This document shows positions 41,250-41,905 of a DNA stretch of 41,905 nt, one piece after another. The position numbers and the translations under genes are program-made. Source of the DNA: a virus; the IMG/VR virus record IMGVR_UViG_3300029684_000017, positions 1-41,905 of that record, one strand, 5' to 3'. How positions within the stretch are numbered: the first letter of the stretch is position 1; each line of letters begins with the position of its first letter. The notes below the pieces were generated by a model. That model made no database searches, had not been told where the DNA came from, and saw only the letters and a list, made by a program, of their open reading frames with translations.

Positions 41250-41905
41250 TTGTCGTTTTCAGCGGGAATAACCCCGCCCAGTTATTTGCCATAGATTGTC
41301 GGATGATCTTACGGGCAATGTCCGGCTCCCCGTTTGAAAGTTCCCGCAATTTGGAATAACAAGCCTTTAATCCCTGCTGCCGATAGGTCTGTCCGCGCTC
41401 AGACTTGTAAGCAAGCCATTCCGCCATAACTGGCTGGAGCGAAGGTTCGACGAAGGATAAATCAGTCTCTTTTCTTTTGCCGCAACTTTTCTTTTTCTCT
41501 GGTCCGTTTTTTACGGATTCATCGTCAGAGTCCGGAGAGCCGATTTCCCCCTTAGGGGGATTATAGGGGGTACTACTATTCCTCTCCTTTTCCTCTCCTA
41601 TTATAGTCACTGATTGATCACTGATTGATCCATGATTGATCACTGATTGATCAGTGAATTTAGCTAAAATACTGTCTAATAGCTCCTTATTAATATTTAC
41701 ATCGTCCAAATTAGGTCGATTGATTATTTGGTGACGGGAGAAAGTAGGAAGATAGTAGAAACTCTCCGATTTGACGGAGAGAAGACTAATAAAACCGGTC
41801 TTCTCGAGCAGCCCTAACCACGCCTCCATCTGTTGAACCTGTATTCTGTCGTAAGGAAATATTTTTGATTTTAGCCAAACGGGATCGGCGATCACCACAC
41901 CTAAG
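41143..41905 (-). CDS. Replication initiator / replisome-organizer-like protein, C-terminal segment (N-terminus at 209-100 across the junction)
   Basis: See feature 1-209. Contains the internal iterons. Confidence 0.7.
   Translation of the reverse strand, partial: LGVVIADPVWLKSKIFPYDRIQVQQMEAWLGLLEKTGFISLLSVKSESFYYLPTFSRHQIINRPNLDDVNINKELLDSILAKFTDQSVINHGSISDQSVTIIGEEKERNSSTPYNPPKGEIGSPDSDDESVKNGPEKKKSCGKRKETDLSFVEPSLQPVMAEWLAYKSERGQTYRQQGLKACYSKLRELSNGEPDIARKIIRQSMANNWAGLFPLKTTNDYGRSTKNQPPSPDELARAVAEGISRAHTRQEWE
41608..41651. repeat. Four tandem 11-bp iterons (CACTGATTGAT; third copy CCATGATTGAT) inside the replication gene
   Basis: Read directly. Partial fifth copy 41652-41657. Degenerate gattgat at 41718-41724. 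AT-rich flank 41654-41745. Confidence 0.85.
41807..41905. repeat. Second copy of the 99-bp terminal direct repeat
   Basis: Identical to bases 1-99. Confidence 0.95.

Overview
The window is a complete, circularly closed tailed-phage genome. Bases 1-99 are identical to bases 41807-41905, giving about 41,806 unique bp, and one minus-strand gene reads straight across the junction. The phage looks temperate. The host is probably a Bacteroidales/Bacteroidota bacterium. This is inferred from TAnnTTTG-type -7 promoter boxes, no obvious Shine-Dalgarno use, a Bacteroidetes-style tyrosine integrase, and a Cys-lipobox lipoprotein.

Layout: two divergent arms leave a switch region at about 6510-6660.
- Leftward (minus) arm, 6509 down through 1, then 41806 down to 32067. 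It holds small regulators, two tRNAs, an ERF/SSB-like/NinB-like recombination module, a replication-initiator-like gene with internal iterons, a RuvC-like resolvase, a pentapeptide-repeat protein, a PAPS-reductase-family protein, ASCH and PD-(D/E)XK-like proteins, an excisionase-like HTH and the integrase.
- Rightward (plus) arm. It holds two repressor-like HTH genes interleaved with an AT-rich island of accessory genes (7368-10331). These are followed by terS, terL, portal, HK97-type prohead protease, capsid, tail genes, a tape-measure-like protein, a collagen-motif tail fibre, a holin/lysin cassette and a three-gene post-lysis cassette.

Most notable observations:
1. A pentapeptide-repeat gene built from 36 almost identical 15-nt units.
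2. A conserved promoter-like element present three times ahead of late modules. The first copy is followed by a leader and a strong intrinsic terminator 2 nt before the terS start, which suggests antitermination control.
3. The accessory island with its own promoters and terminators.
4. A GerE/LuxR-type regulator gene interrupted by a 15-bp tandem duplication carrying an in-frame TGA.
5. 11-bp iterons inside the replication gene.
6. A type-II tRNA with an odd anticodon loop.

All functional calls come from reading motifs and gene order by eye. No database or HMM search was possible.
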